Shown here one piece after another: positions 12,971-26,010 of a stretch of 64,000 bases of DNA. Origin of the DNA: Camelus dromedarius (lineage: Eukaryota); the NCBI RefSeq assembly GCF_036321535.1, contig NC_087472.1:102302001-102366000 (forward strand), read 5' to 3'. Made by a program: the position numbers and the translations under genes. Under the pieces are notes generated by a model that saw only the letters and a program-made list of their open reading frames with translations, was not told the origin of the DNA and searched no databases. Position 1 is the stretch's first letter, and the number at the start of each line of letters is the position of its first letter.

Positions 12971-13867
12971 TCATTTGGGGGACTTGCAGGGCTGGGACTA
13001 AACTAAGCTGAGCAAGGCGCTTAGAGCACAAAATGTTTAGGAGACACTCACTTTAGGGGGAGTGGAAGCACTGATCCAGCGATTCTCCCTTTCAGAAAAC
13101 ACCTTGTCGTGGAAGCAATTCAATCTGCCATCTCTTGTGAGGTTTGGGAGGCAATCTTGCAAACTTAACATTGTGATATTAAATTTGGAAAATAAAATTG
13201 AAATCAAACTCCTCTGACATCAAATTTAGTCTAAATGAGACGAGATAGCAGGAAGTGCCATCCAGGTGGACAGGGATTAAAAACAGCAAAAGCAAAGCAA
13301 GCGGAAAGAGAGATGCTGAGCAAAACTGTCACCAGTGCTGGGAGCGGAGGGTGTGGCTCAGGATTACTGCACAGGCCTCGTGGCTGGACTCCCTAACTGC
13401 GCCTCCGTCCCCCTAAATCCGTCTTAATACAAAAACCTGGTGTGCCTTTAAAAACGCGAGAGGCCATCACGCGGACCCTCGGCTCTGGAAGTGAAAGGTT
13501 AATCTCTTCTCCCACCAGCTGCCACAGCTCCCTAGCCGCTCTGCTAGAACAAAGCCATCTCATCCAGCCTCGCCACCGCCTCCGGGACTCTGCGCTAGTT
13601 CCAGGGCCTGGGACAGTGTCCCGGATCGTCAGGTGGCTCCTTCCCTCCCCGCTTCGAGATTTCTGCTCAGCCTGGCCGGCCAGGCCTTCCCTGATCACCC
13701 CCAAAGTTCCTCCCCCTCACTCCCACTCCCTACCTCCCTTCCCCATTTCACTTTTCCCAGCACTTCTGACCATCTGACTGAAAAACGTGTTTCTTTGTTT
13801 AGATGGATTTATTATGAAGCTAATAAAGCTTAAGGAAAGGTGCTAGCCACGGGTTTAGGTGGCCAGA

Positions 13868-13998
13868 TTTGGGGGGGGGGTGGAGGTAATTTGGTTTATT
13901 TATTTATTTTTATTTATTTAAAATGGAGATACAGGGGATTGAACCCAGGACCTCATGCATGCTAAGCACACACTATACAATTGAGCTATACTCCCCCC
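13868..13998 (-). mobile_element. Vic-1-type SINE
   Basis: ggggattgaacccaggacctcatgcatgctaagca...gagctatactcccccc. Confidence 0.9.
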
Positions 13999-14839
13999 AT
14001 TGCTATATGTTTAAATTTGCAAAAGTAAAATGCTTAAGCTTCAGTTCATTGAAAACAGTAGCCCTCTCCATCCCAGTGTCCCCCTCCCTCACATTTCCCG
14101 TAATGACTTTGTCCTGCATCAGCTTAGCTAAACTGGAACCATGTTCTCTTCCCTGCATGACTCCAGGTTAGCGCTGGCCACTAGAGACATTTTGTGGGAG
14201 GCACATGTGAATCAGCAGTCAGATTTTTTAAGCTTCAAAGGTTAGTCCAGGGGCCAGACACTGTGGCAACTTGCACTTGGGGTCTCAGATCTGATCCCCA
14301 CTTAGATGGCACTAGGCAACACTCCACCGCTAGACCTCCTTCTCCACTAGACCTCCTCCCACACTCAGCTCTCCTTCCCAACTGCCATCTGGCTGACCTG
14401 CAGCGACTTTGGGCTCAACAACAGACACAGGGGCAGCAGCCCACACAGACTTGTCTACCAGCTCCCATAGCTGCCAATGATCTGACCCTATACTGAGTCC
14501 CTTACTTTATGTCCCTCATGGTAGTTCTGCTTCTCAGATGAATCCTGGCTGATACGCTTCCCATGGTGCTCGGCACTGGCGGGGTCACAGGCATTTGGGA
14601 AGGTGAGTTGGAGACCCATTTCGCTAGGATGCAGAGAGGTACACTTACCATGGTTTACAGTCACTTCCATGAATGGCTGGGTCACTGATAGCCACCCCAT
14701 ATAGGAACAACTCCCAGGAATACTCCTATGACCCACTCTCAGAGGATATGTGGCAATCTGATCATGTCTTAGGGCATCCAGCACAGACGTATGTGGGTAT
14801 TGGACAAGAAAGGAGGTTTAAATGTGTAGAACCATACTA

Positions 14840-15030
14840 TATAAAAAATAAACAGCAACATCCTACTGTATAGCACAGGGAACTATAGTCAATATCTTGT
14901 AATAGCCTATAATGAAAAAGAATCTGAAAAGAAATATATATGTACGTATAACTGAATCACTATGCTGTACACCAGAAATTAACACAACATTGGGAACCAA
15001 CTATACTTCAACAAAAATAAATAAATAAAA
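14840..15030 (+). mobile_element. L1 3' tail fragment
   Basis: ctgtatagcacagggaactata...tgctgtacaccagaaatt...ctatacttcaa plus A-rich tail; same family as 4600-4795. Confidence 0.85.
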
Positions 15031-15349
15031 TGTATTGAGCCAGAAGGAAGTCTGCAGAAAGTTCTTCCAATCATATTATGTGATTTTTTTCAGATTGTGT
15101 GATGTTTCTGGTATTCGTCAGCTTTTTAACAGTTGTAATTTGTTGTGATTTCTTTTCTCATTCCCAATGACTTTTGTAGCTAATGTTGTGTAATTAAGTA
15201 TGCATTGTTGTTCCTAAAGAGGGGCCCAAACTACACAAGCTTCAGGACCCGTGAGACCTGGATCATCCCCTGCTCTTAAATATCAAGCTGATGAAATGGG
15301 CTTTCATCCTGGCGGCAGTCAGGAACCATCACAGGACTGAGACCTGTAC

Positions 15350-15555
15350 CGAGTGGTGGCATGCTGGAGCAGGGTCTTATTGGCGCGAGAGAGCTGACAT
15401 TTTCAGGAATCTTACAAAGTGGCTGACATCATAACAGCAGCTTAAAATCAGCCAACGTGGGAGTATTTATACCACACAAATTGGCAAATGCTACAAATCA
15501 GAACTTCCTCCAGCCCTACCTCCAGAGAGTCCATTGTTAAACATATACTGCTGGT
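15350..15555. mobile_element. hAT DNA transposon (MER63-like)
   Basis: tgctggagc...aaattggcaaatgctacaaatcag...ttgttaaacat, recalled consensus. Confidence 0.55.
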
Positions 15556-16815
15556 ACCAAATGATCTTCTTGGTCATAAATCTTCATGAGAAAATATGCC
15601 TATAATTAATTTACTCTCAAGTGTAGCTGAGAGAGATGGGGGTTAGAAGAAGAGTAATAAAGAAAAAGAAACTCAAGACAGACAAAACCGCATCCACCTC
15701 TTCCCAATCTCACCTAAAATGAATCCTGCTGATGTTCAGTTTTAAGGCAGGGGGCAGGGGGTGGTTGCAGCAGAAAATTTTGAGTTTGTGTGTTGCATGT
15801 CATGCCTCGGCCACTTGGGGAAGCACTGATTACAATGTGCAATTTAATATTCAAAACTGCATTTAGAATCACATAGAAGGTCACTGCTTTTGCCTCTGGG
15901 AGGATTTCAAAGTGTCTATTAAAATAAATATAAAGCTAAATATTTTCACTGATATTTTATAATTACATAAAATTATTCATGTAGTCTAAGGTGTCATGAG
16001 TTTAAGATACACCTATATATATATCACCAAGGAAAAAATGCTACCAACTGTGAAGTGCCATTGACCATTAGTCAATTATGTGAAAAAATGTGAGTCTCAG
16101 AATCAGTGAAATATGAAATAGTCCTAGCTTAAAGCATTGTTTAAGAAGTGAGGAAATTCTAGCTTTGGAAGGACAAACCATCTACTTAAGGTCATAGGCC
16201 TAGATAGCGACAGAACTGGAAATGGAATCCAGTTATCCCCTTGCCTACATCAGAGCTTACTGTAATAATTTCATACATCAAAGATAGCACTAAGGGTTAG
16301 TCTAGAGGCTCCTTCCAACTCTAAGAACATGATATCCAAGAATGCATGAATCATCCTCAGAGAAATCAGAAAATGCTACAGAGGACAGAGTGATAGCATT
16401 TAAGAAAAAGGCCCTCATATTAAGCACTGGTTCCTCTTAGAGATTTCCACTGTCTATAATAGTGCCTAGCTGATATATTTATTGGCGCATTGTAGGATCT
16501 CAAACAAATATTAAATGGGTATATCTGGCTTGATGACTATCTTGATGACTTTGGGTTAGTTATTTAACTCTCTGGAGTCTGCTTCAGCGTTCATAAAATG
16601 GGCATGCTAATACCCCTCTCTTGGGTGCCTAGTGAGGGCCAAGTGAGATGGGTATGTAAGTGTTCCTGGCACAGTAGCTGGCCAATGGCAGGAACACCAC
16701 TGTTAATTTCTTTTACATCTTAAGTTTCTGTTCTTAGATTCAAAGTTGTTTAAATGTCAACATCATAAAGCCATTCAGAAAAACCAATATTCCTATAGAG
16801 TCTAGTCCTCTAGAT

Positions 16816-17021
16816 TTGCGTGGTCTAATAGGGCAGCCACTAGCTACATGTGGGTATTTAAATTTATAATTAAATTAACTAAAATAAAAAAATTCATCTC
16901 CTCAGTCACAGCAGACACATTTTAAGAGTTCAATATCCACATGTAGCTAGTGGCTGATCTACTGGAGAGCACAGATGCAAAACACTAACATCATCGCAGA
17001 AAGGTCTATCAGACAGTGCTG
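16816..17021. mobile_element. MER3-like hAT MITE
   Basis: Internal inverted repeat cagccactagctacatgtgg / ccacatgtagctagtggctg; ends atcagacagtgctg. Confidence 0.8.
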
Positions 17022-17941
17022 GCCTACACTAATAACAGGAGTGCAAAACTGCTTTTTTTTCCCCCCTTAACCCAAGTAAGGATAGTCCCAAAACGTTTTA
17101 TTCCGAACTTCACTTGATTAATGTATTTGTGCGCCCTCCTGTGGCTAGAGGTGGAAAGTAATCTGTGGTTGAGGTGAAGCAGCGCATTTTTTAATTAAAG
17201 GGATAGTTTAGAAATCTTTAGTAATTCTGACTGCTAGGAAGAAATGGAACATAGAACAGTGTATGCATTTTGAATTGTCTAGAGACTATTGAGGAAAATC
17301 TGTTTAGAAGGTCTGAGCCTTGTGAGATAGACACACCCTGTTTAAACCAAGAATGGATAGTACTATGTAACTGCTTAAAAGTGAGGACAGACCACTGGGA
17401 TTCTTCAATGAATGATTCCAGGAATTCTCTCAGTGGTAGCAGGCACAAACAAGCTGGATCCTGTCACTCCCCCAGTGTGGACTGGGGGTAGGGGAGCTAA
17501 ACTGAGATCCAGCTTTCCCTGGATGAAGAGGACTCTTGTTTCTGGGTGCCAGGCACGTGGCACTTCCTGGCACTCTCCTACACCGCTGGCACCTAAACTC
17601 ATCCTGCTTGGTGTCTGATCCCCAAAATGTATTCCTATTTCTCCACTTGCTATGTCAGGCTGTTAGAACGAGCTTGCACAATAAAAATAGAGCACAGGGG
17701 TGGAGGGGTGAGGCCTCTCTGGGAGCAGTTGGTGCCAGAATTCAGCAGCCCGATTGGAGCACACACTCCACCATATGGGGGGCCTGGGCAGCTGCTGACT
17801 CTTCTACCCAAGGTCCAGACTTACCACTGACACTCCTGATGTGGGGGAAAAAAAAAAAAGCTAAACTCTTTGGAAAGGTTTATTTTTTTTCTTAAGACAA
17901 CATTAATACATCATTCTCAACCACCACGACCAAAAAAAAAA

Positions 17942-18097
17942 TCAGAATTTCTGGGTTGGTGAACATGTGGACGTACTGGGATAGTGGTGCCTGGAGAGGG
18001 CGTGGAAGCTCCATGCCACTTCCCCAGACCTCGCCCTGTGCATTTCTTCCAACTGGCTGTTCCTGAGGTATATCCTTTTACAATAAATCAGCAATCT
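17942..18097 (+). mobile_element. MER21-like LTR fragment
   Basis: gggttggtgaacatgtgg...ggagagggcgtggaagctcc...ctggctgttcctgag...aataaa. Confidence 0.65.
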
Positions 18098-18216
18098 ACA
18101 ACAGATTATCCCTATACTACTCAACTAACAAGTTCCAGAGTATAGAAAAGCATGAAAACTCTCTAATTGACTTTATGAGGACAGTACAACCCTGAAATTG
18201 AATCTTGAAGAGTTGA

Positions 18217-19226
18217 CAGGCAGACCTTGGAGACACGGCGGCTTCAGTTCTAAACCACAGCAACAAAGGAATATCGCAGTAAAGAGAGTCTCATCAATTT
18301 TTTGGTTTCCCAGTGCATATAAAAGTTATGTTTACATTATACTGTAGTCTATTAAATGTGCAACAGCATTATGTCTAAAATATGTACATATCTTAATTTT
18401 AAAATACTTTATTGCTAAAAATTGCTAACCATCTGAGCCTTCAGTGAGTCATAAGCTTTTTGTAATAGCAACATCAAAGATCACTGATCACAGATCACCA
18501 TAACAAATATAATAGTAATGAAAAAGTTTAAAATCTTGCCAGAATTACCAAAATGCAATGCACAAAGTGTAATTAAAAAGAACAATTCTGACTCCATATT
18601 AGATCTGTTCCTCTGGCTCTAACCCTGTGCTCTGTTTCTCATGCTGAGTCATGCTGGTTCTGCACCTTTTGTAAAAGAATGTTGCCTAGAGCCTGAAATC
18701 TACAGGAGAGCCCATTCTCAAGGCTCTAACCTTTAAGGGTATAAAACTTTCCTATTCATATAAAGATAAAAAGTTGCAGAATAGAAAATAACATTTGTCT
18801 TGTGGGAGGTTTGCAAGAACACCAGGACCTGACCTCCCTGGACAGCTGAAAGAACAAAAGGATTCCAACATCAAGAAGTTTGTACCAGCCAAATACACCC
18901 CCTCCCCTTTTAAGTATAAAAGAAGCCTTAATTCTGACTTGGGGGAAGATGGTTCTCCAGGACCTTAGTTTGCCATCTTCTCAGTCAGCCGGCTTTCCGA
19001 ATAAAGTCATTCGTTATTCCTTGCCCCAACATCTCCTGATTTATTGGCCTGTCATGCAGTGAGCGGAATGAGTTTGGACTTGGTAACAAAAGTAACCAAA
19101 TGTTGTTGGAAAAAGGGCACCAACAGACTTGCTTACCACAGGGTTGTCACAAATCTTCAATTTGTAAAAACAAGTAACATTTGCGAAGCACAATAAAGTG
19201 AAGTGCAATAAAAGGAGGTCTGCCTA
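18217..19226 (-). mobile_element. Tigger1-derived non-autonomous DNA transposon, split by an LTR
   Basis: TIRs CAGGCAGACCT (18217-18227) and AGGTCTGCCTA (19216-19226); Tigger1 internal text ttttggtttcccagtgcatataaaagttatgtttac. Confidence 0.85.
18568..19088 (+). mobile_element. ERV1-class solo LTR (521 bp)
   Basis: TG...CA ends, 4-bp TSD AAAG (18564-18567, 19089-19092), TATAAAA (18915-18921), AATAAA (19000-19005). Confidence 0.88.
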
Positions 19227-19266
19227 TAGTTTGAAAAAAAAAAAAGACCAAAGTGCTAAATGAAAA

Positions 19267-19328
19267 ACTATAAATAGAATAGCAAACAGAATTCAATACT
19301 ATAAATAGAATAGCAAACAGAATTCAAT
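19267..19328. repeat. Perfect 31-bp tandem duplication
   Basis: ACTATAAATAGAATAGCAAACAGAATTCAAT x2. Confidence 0.95.
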
Positions 19329-19959
19329 AGTCCGTTAGCACCAAGACCAAGTAGGATTTAGTCCAAGATTGCAAAGACTTTTGCTTTTCAGATCGTTTTA
19401 TTAAAAAAGAAATAAAATCTTATAGATTACCAAAAATTCAGAAAATATATAGAAGTATAAAAAAAAAGATCACCCAAGATTTTGTCACCCAAAAGGAATC
19501 ACTAATATAGCTAAATAGAAGATTGCACTACGTATTGTGGTACCCACCCGACCCCTGCCCCGTTAGTTTACACAGCTTTTAAAGATACGCAGTAAGCAAT
19601 GCACATAGCCAAAAAGCAGTTGCCTCCTGGGGTCTGGTCATGTGGTCAGACACAGCTTCTGGGTCCCTTCACTACCCGGAGCATGCTCAGTTGTAAGCAC
19701 TGGGTTGAACCCCGTGTGGAGTATCAACTCAGGACAGTCACCCCTCAGTTCAGTACCTACAGGTACTCTATGCTTGGTGCCTTGTCTCTGAGAGTAAGTG
19801 CCAAATCACATCCCTTCTAGTGCAGCTGCAACTCATCAATCAGGGGTTTCACAATGAATGTTTTTCAAAACCAGATACAAGCTGACCCACTAACATTCCA
19901 CATTTATCTTAGCTCACTACGTTCTAGGGAGCAAATACTTGTAATGTTGTTTTTACTTT

Positions 19960-21505
19960 AAAAAATCTTTATTGAGATGTAATTCACATACTGTATAGTT
20001 CATCCATTTAAAATGTTCAATTGACTGGGTTTTAGTATATTTACAGGTTTGTGCAACTATTGCCACAATCTAATTTTAAAACATTTTCATCTTCTCTAAA
20101 GGAAATCCGGAGCCATTAGCAGTCACTCCCCATTTCCCCCCAAACCCCCCAGCCCTAGGCAATCACTAACCCACTTTGTGTTTACAATGGATTTGATTGT
20201 TCTGGACATTTCACATAAACGGATTATACAATATGTGGCTTTTTATGCCTGGCTTCTTTCACTTAGTATAATATTTTGAAGGTTTATCTATGGTGTAGGA
20301 TGTATCTGTACTTCATTACTTTTTATTGCCAAATAATATTCCAACTTATGAATATATATATATATATATTTTATAAAGCCATTCATCAGTTGATGGACAT
20401 TTGGGTTGTTCCTTCTTTTTGGCTATTATGAATAATGCTGCTGTCATCTTTTACATACAACTTTTTGTGTGAATATGTTTCCAGTTCTCTTGGGTACATA
20501 TCTAGGAGTGGAATTGCTGGGTCATATGGTGACTCTATGTTTAATTTTTTGAGGAACTACAAACTGTTTTCCGAAGTGACTGCATTATTTTACATTCCAG
20601 CCAGCACAGTAGAAGGGTTTCAGTTTCTCCACATCCTCACCAACAGCTGATATTGTCTTTTTTATTATAGCCATTCCCATGGGTGTGAAGTGGCATCTCA
20701 TTGTGGTTTTATTTACATTTCCCTCTCAATGTTCTTGTTGGTGACAGGTTCAGGACACACTACCCCAGTTTACTAATCTTAGCTTATACCCTTTTTGTCT
20801 TATTGCATTTTCCCACAACTCGCCATGCTTCATCAAACCTAGCATGAAAGTACTCAGGGATTAACCACATCTTCAGGCCTTCATTTTCTTATGAAAGCTC
20901 CTGTGTCACATAAAATTTATATTAAATAAATTTGTATGCTTTTCTCTTGTTAATCTATCCTTTGTTACAGGGACCCTAGCTGAGATCTTAGAAGAGTAGA
21001 AGAAAAATTCTTTTTCCCTCCTCTCCACTGACCATTTGTATATCTATGTTGGAGAAATGTCAATTCAGAAACTTTGCCCATTTTAAAATTGGGTTATCTT
21101 TTATTATTGAGTTGTAAGAGTTCTTTATATAATCTGGATACATTCTCTTACCAGATACATGATTTCCAAAAATTTTCTCCCATTCTGTGGGTTGTCTTTT
21201 CACTTTCTTGATGGTATCATTAGCAGCACAGAAATTTTAAATTTTGATGAAGTCCAGTTTATCTTTTTTTTTCAGTCACTTGTACTTTTGGTGTCCTGTC
21301 TAAGAAATCATTGCCTAACCCAAAGTCTTGAATATTTACTCCTATACTTTCTTCTGAGAGGTCTATAGTGTGAGTCGTTCAAGATTGTTTTGGCTTTCCC
21401 GGGCCCCTTGATCTTCCATATGCATTTGAGGGTCAACTTATCAATTTCTACAAAGAAGTTAGTTGTGATTGTGATAAGGATTGAGATGAATCTGTAGATC
21501 ACTCA
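19960..21505 (-). mobile_element. L1MB-like element, antisense, interrupted by an LTR
   Basis: Antisense L1 3' end and ORF2 text (ctaggagtggaattgctgggtcatatgg, tttgcccattttaaaattggg). Confidence 0.85.
20742..21027 (+). mobile_element. MER34-like ERV1 LTR (internally deleted)
   Basis: Starts tgacaggttcaggacacactacccc, contains attaaataaatttgtatgcttttctcttgttaatct, and interrupts the L1 text. Confidence 0.65.
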
Positions 21506-21853
21506 CAGTTTTATAACATACTTTTTTTTTCCAGCTAAATACACTGTGGATTGGACATCTTTCCATTTCAATAATTACAGATTGTTATGAGTTTTTATTC
21601 TCCTATAATAACTCAACAAACATTTATTCAACAATTACAAGACACAAGGTGGTCTAGTTGCTCGTTATATTGAGATGAATCAGACATGTATCCCATCTGT
21701 AAAAAGGAGCTTTCTATCTAGGAATAGAAATAAGACATAAACATAAATAACTGTATTCCAAGTATGAGAGAGCTATAGACAAAATGCTATCAAAGAAAGA
21801 TTATTTATAGATATGAGGAAGGAGGTAGTTTCCACGCAGATAGTCACTTAGGC

Positions 21854-22050
21854 TAGGGTTTCTCAACCTTAGGGATCATTCTTTGCTATGGAGACTGTCT
21901 TGTGCACTGTAGGATGTTTAGCAGCATCCCTGGCCTCTACTCACTAGCTGCCAGGAGGACTCATCTCCCCCAGTGTGACAACCCAAAATGTCACTGGACA
22001 TTGCCAAATGTCCCCTGGGAGGCAAAATCATCCCTGATTGAGACCCACTG
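21854..22050. mobile_element. MER20-like hAT MITE
   Basis: tttctcaacc...tgtaggatgtttagcagcatccctggcctctac...gacattgccaaatgtcccctggg...ttgagacccactg. Confidence 0.85.
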
Positions 22051-23710
22051 AGCTAGACATTAAATCATCATTGTTAATGGCTGTGTAGTACCCCATAGAT
22101 AATCTAAAATTTATGGAACTAATACCTTGTAAATGCACATTCCTCTTATGGCCAATTTTCCACTGTTTTATAAAACATCACTTTTAGAATGTATGGCATG
22201 ACATTGGCTCCTTAGGATAAATAGCTACATTATGCTAGATTTCCTTTTTACTATAAAAGTTATACATGTTAAAATTAGTCTTTCAAACAATTCGAAAAGT
22301 AAAGTTAAAAGGCTTGATCTCACTCCCACAGAAATATAGTCTATGGTATGTCAATTTTAAGTTTTTATATGTATTCAGAAATTAATTAGCAAAACGCTTC
22401 TTTCAATGCATTTTTATCATTCCATGTGATACTTTGGTCTACTCACTGCACATTTCACCTGGAGATCTCCAAGCCACATTTTTTTAACTACAGGTCATGA
22501 CCCATTAGTAAAATGAAATTAGGGGACCACAATCAGTATTTTTTTAATGAAACAGAACAGAATAGAATAGATCAGATCAGAGTGTATTACACACAGTTAG
22601 GATAAGGTACTGTATTGTGAGAAATTTGTTTCAGTATCATAAAACATAGATAGAAAGATGAGAGAGAGATGGATAGATGACAGCGTGATAACGTAAAAAT
22701 GCTGCTGTGGATTGCAGCCAAGAAAAATTTTAAAGCTACAGCTTTAAGCAAACTAAATATATATTTAACATTCCTTTCTATAATTGGAGTGAAGTGGTGA
22801 ACGATGCAAGCCTATTTTTTCTTGACTAAAAAGAATAATTAAGATAGCATAAACAAAAATACTTAATGTTAACACTTACTCCCTAGAAAAGCAACACTGA
22901 TTCCCATTCTAGGTAATGGGTCATGTAAATTTCAAGTTAGGGCTCCATCAACTCAAATTACTCTGACTTCTTACGAATTAAATGATTCAGTAAGAATCAC
23001 CCACAATGCTGTTACATGTTTGCATTTTAAACAGCACTGTGGTATACCTTAAGATGGTTGCTGATGTTTTTCAACCTAGTTCTCTTGTACCTCTTTCTTC
23101 ACTCATTTGATTCATTAAACATCATTAACAAACATTTATGACTACCCGTCGGAAACATGGGACGTGGTGGCTCATATAAATGTCGTACCTCTCTTTGGAG
23201 AGTACAAGTTAGAGTGGCAGTTTATATGGCCACGATGCTCTTGAATGTCTCTATTTCATACCAGGAAAACACAAAGAGGTTCATATGATCAACTGACTTT
23301 ACATTATTATATAAATCTTTATGTTCATTTAAGACCAAGCTATTATGATATTTAGCAACAAGACAGAATTAACAAAGGATTTCTCTTAAATTGTAGTATA
23401 ACCAAGTTTCTTCCAAAACTTAAAATATTTACTTCAACTTGAAATGGTTGTCATATTTCCAAGGTCACTGATGCCAAAATTGTAGATAAATGCACAAAAT
23501 GGCTTTCAAAAAACATGGACAGGAAACATTTGAGAGACACAGAAACAAGTTTTCCCTAACGCTTCATAAAAGTAATGCTAGCTCTGCTGATCTATCAATG
23601 CAATCACTAAAAGCCACAAGGTAGAAATAGAAAAATCATAAAGTAAACACATGGGGGAATGTAAGGGGGAAAAAATCATCTCTACTTCTAAGGACAGAAT
23701 TCTATTCTGT

Positions 23711-23905
23711 GGGGCAACAGGTATAGATCAGCGGTAAAACGCATGCTTAGCATGCAAGAGGTCCTGGGTTCAACCCCCAATACCTCCATTTAAAAAAAAA
23801 AAAGGAGAGGTGGGGGCGTATAGCTCAGTTGGTAGAGCGCATGCTCGAGGTACTTGGTGTTCGATCCCCAGTACGTCCATTTAAAAAAAAAAAAGGAAAA
23901 AGAAA
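23711..23905 (+). mobile_element. Two tandem short tRNA-Ala SINE copies
   Basis: Two tRNA-like heads (about 23711-23803 and 23805-23895), each ending CCATTT plus poly-A. Confidence 0.85.
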
Positions 23906-23999
23906 ACTTATTTTTAAAAAATTTCATTCTGAGATCTAGTCCAACTCCTCACTTCCAAGATGAGGAAACTGAGACTTGGAGAGGATAAGACTTTCTTTA

Positions 24000-26010
24000 A
24001 TTAACAGACTTTTTTTGAGCAGTTTCAGGTTAACAGAACAATTGAGGAGGAAGTTCAGAGAGTTCCCATACAGCACCTCACCCCACCAATCCAGTCTCCC
24101 ATGTTAATTCACACATGTTAATTTTTATTAATTCAATTTTACCCATGTTAACCATGCATTTGTGTGGGACATTCATTACAATTTATGAACCAACAAAGCT
24201 ATATTACAGTCATTAACTAAAGTGCATAGTTTACAAGGTTTCACTGTTTGGGTTGTACATCCTATGACTTTTGACAAACACATAATGACACGTATCCACC
24301 ATTACAGAATCACACAAAATAGTTTCACTGCCCTTAAAATTCCTGGTGTTCTATCTATTCTTTCTTCATTCCTCCTGAACTCCTGGCATCCTTTTAACTG
24401 CCTCCAGAGTTTTTAGCCATTCTAACAGGTGTGCAGCAGTATCTCACTGTTATTTTAATTTGCAATTCTGTAATGACACATGATATTGAGCACATTTTCC
24501 TGTGTTTATTTGCCATCAGTATATCTTTTTGGTGAGATGTCTATTCAGATTGTTTGCCTATGTTTGAATTGAGTTGTTATCTTATTGTTGCATTTTAAGA
24601 GGTCTTTACATATTTCGGATACCAGTCTTTTATTAGATATATGTGTTTTGCAAATATTTCTTCCCTGTCTGTGGCTTGTCTTTTCATTCTTTAACAGAAC
24701 AGAGAAGTTTTAAATTTTAATGAAGTTCAACTTATCAGTTTTTTTTCATGCATTGTGCTTTTGGTGCTATATCTAAGGTAAGAAGTCATCACCAAATCCA
24801 AAGTCACCTAGATTTTCTCCTATGTTTTCTTCTTGGAGGTTCTTTTTTCCCCCAGCTTAAAAGGTATAATTGTCAAATAAAATTGTAAGATGAAGTGTAC
24901 AATGTGATGATTTGATATATGTATAGACTGTGAAAGGATTCTCCCCACTGAGTTAACACATCCATCACCTCACATATTTACCTTCTGTGTGTGAGAGAGA
25001 ACATTTAAGTTCTCCTCTCTTAGCAAATTTCAATGATAGAATACAGTGTTATCAAGTATAGTCGCCACATAGTACATTTGATCCTCAGACCTTATTCATC
25101 TTATAACTGAAAATTTGGACCTTTTTACCAGCTTCTCCCTATTTCTCCCATCCCCAGCCCCTGGAAACCACTTTTCTCCTCTCTTTCTGTGAGCTTGACA
25201 CGTTTTGTTTTGTTTTGTTTTAGATTTCACATATAAGTGATACCATGTAGTATTTGTCTTTTCTCTGTCTGGCTTATTTCACTTAATCTAAAGCCCTCCA
25301 GATTCATCCATGATGTCATAAATGACAGGACTTCTTTTTTAAGGCTGAGTAATATTCCATGGTACACACAAAACACATCTTCTTTATCCCTTCAACCATC
25401 AACTAATTTTGAGGTTTTTTCCATACTTTGGCTAATGTGAATAATGCTGCAATGAACATGGGAGTGCAAATATTTCTTCAAGATAATGATTTGGTTTCCT
25501 TTCTTATAGAAACCCAGAAGCGGAACTGCTGGATCATATGGTAGTTCTATTTTTAATTTTTTGAGGTACTGCCATACTGTTTTCCATAGTGGTTGCACCA
25601 GTCTGCATTTCAACAAGGGTTCCCTGTTCTCCACATCCTCGCCAGCAGATATCTCTTGTCTTTTTGATAACAGCCATTCTAACAGGTATGAGGTGATATC
25701 TCAGTGTGGTTTTGATTTGCATTTCGCCAATGATTACTGATGTTGAGCACCTTTTTGTGTATCTGTTGGCCATTTGGATGTCTTCTTTGGGAAAGTGTCT
25801 GTTCAGGGACTTTGCCTATTTTTTAATTCTAGGAATTTTATAGTTTCACATCTAGGTCTATGATCCATTTTGAGTTAATTTTTGTCAAAGATGTAAGGTC
25901 AGTGTCTAGATTTAACTTTTGGCATGTGGCTATCAGTTCTTACGGCACTATTTGTTGAACAGACTATCCTTGGTGCATTGAATTGTCTTTGCTCCTTTGT
26001 CAAAGAAAGG
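24000..26010 (-). mobile_element. Nested antisense L1 elements (older L1MC-like with a younger L1 at about 24845-25830)
   Basis: Minus-strand ORFs 25392-25773 give ORF2 peptides ([28 protein letters not shown]). Confidence 0.85.
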
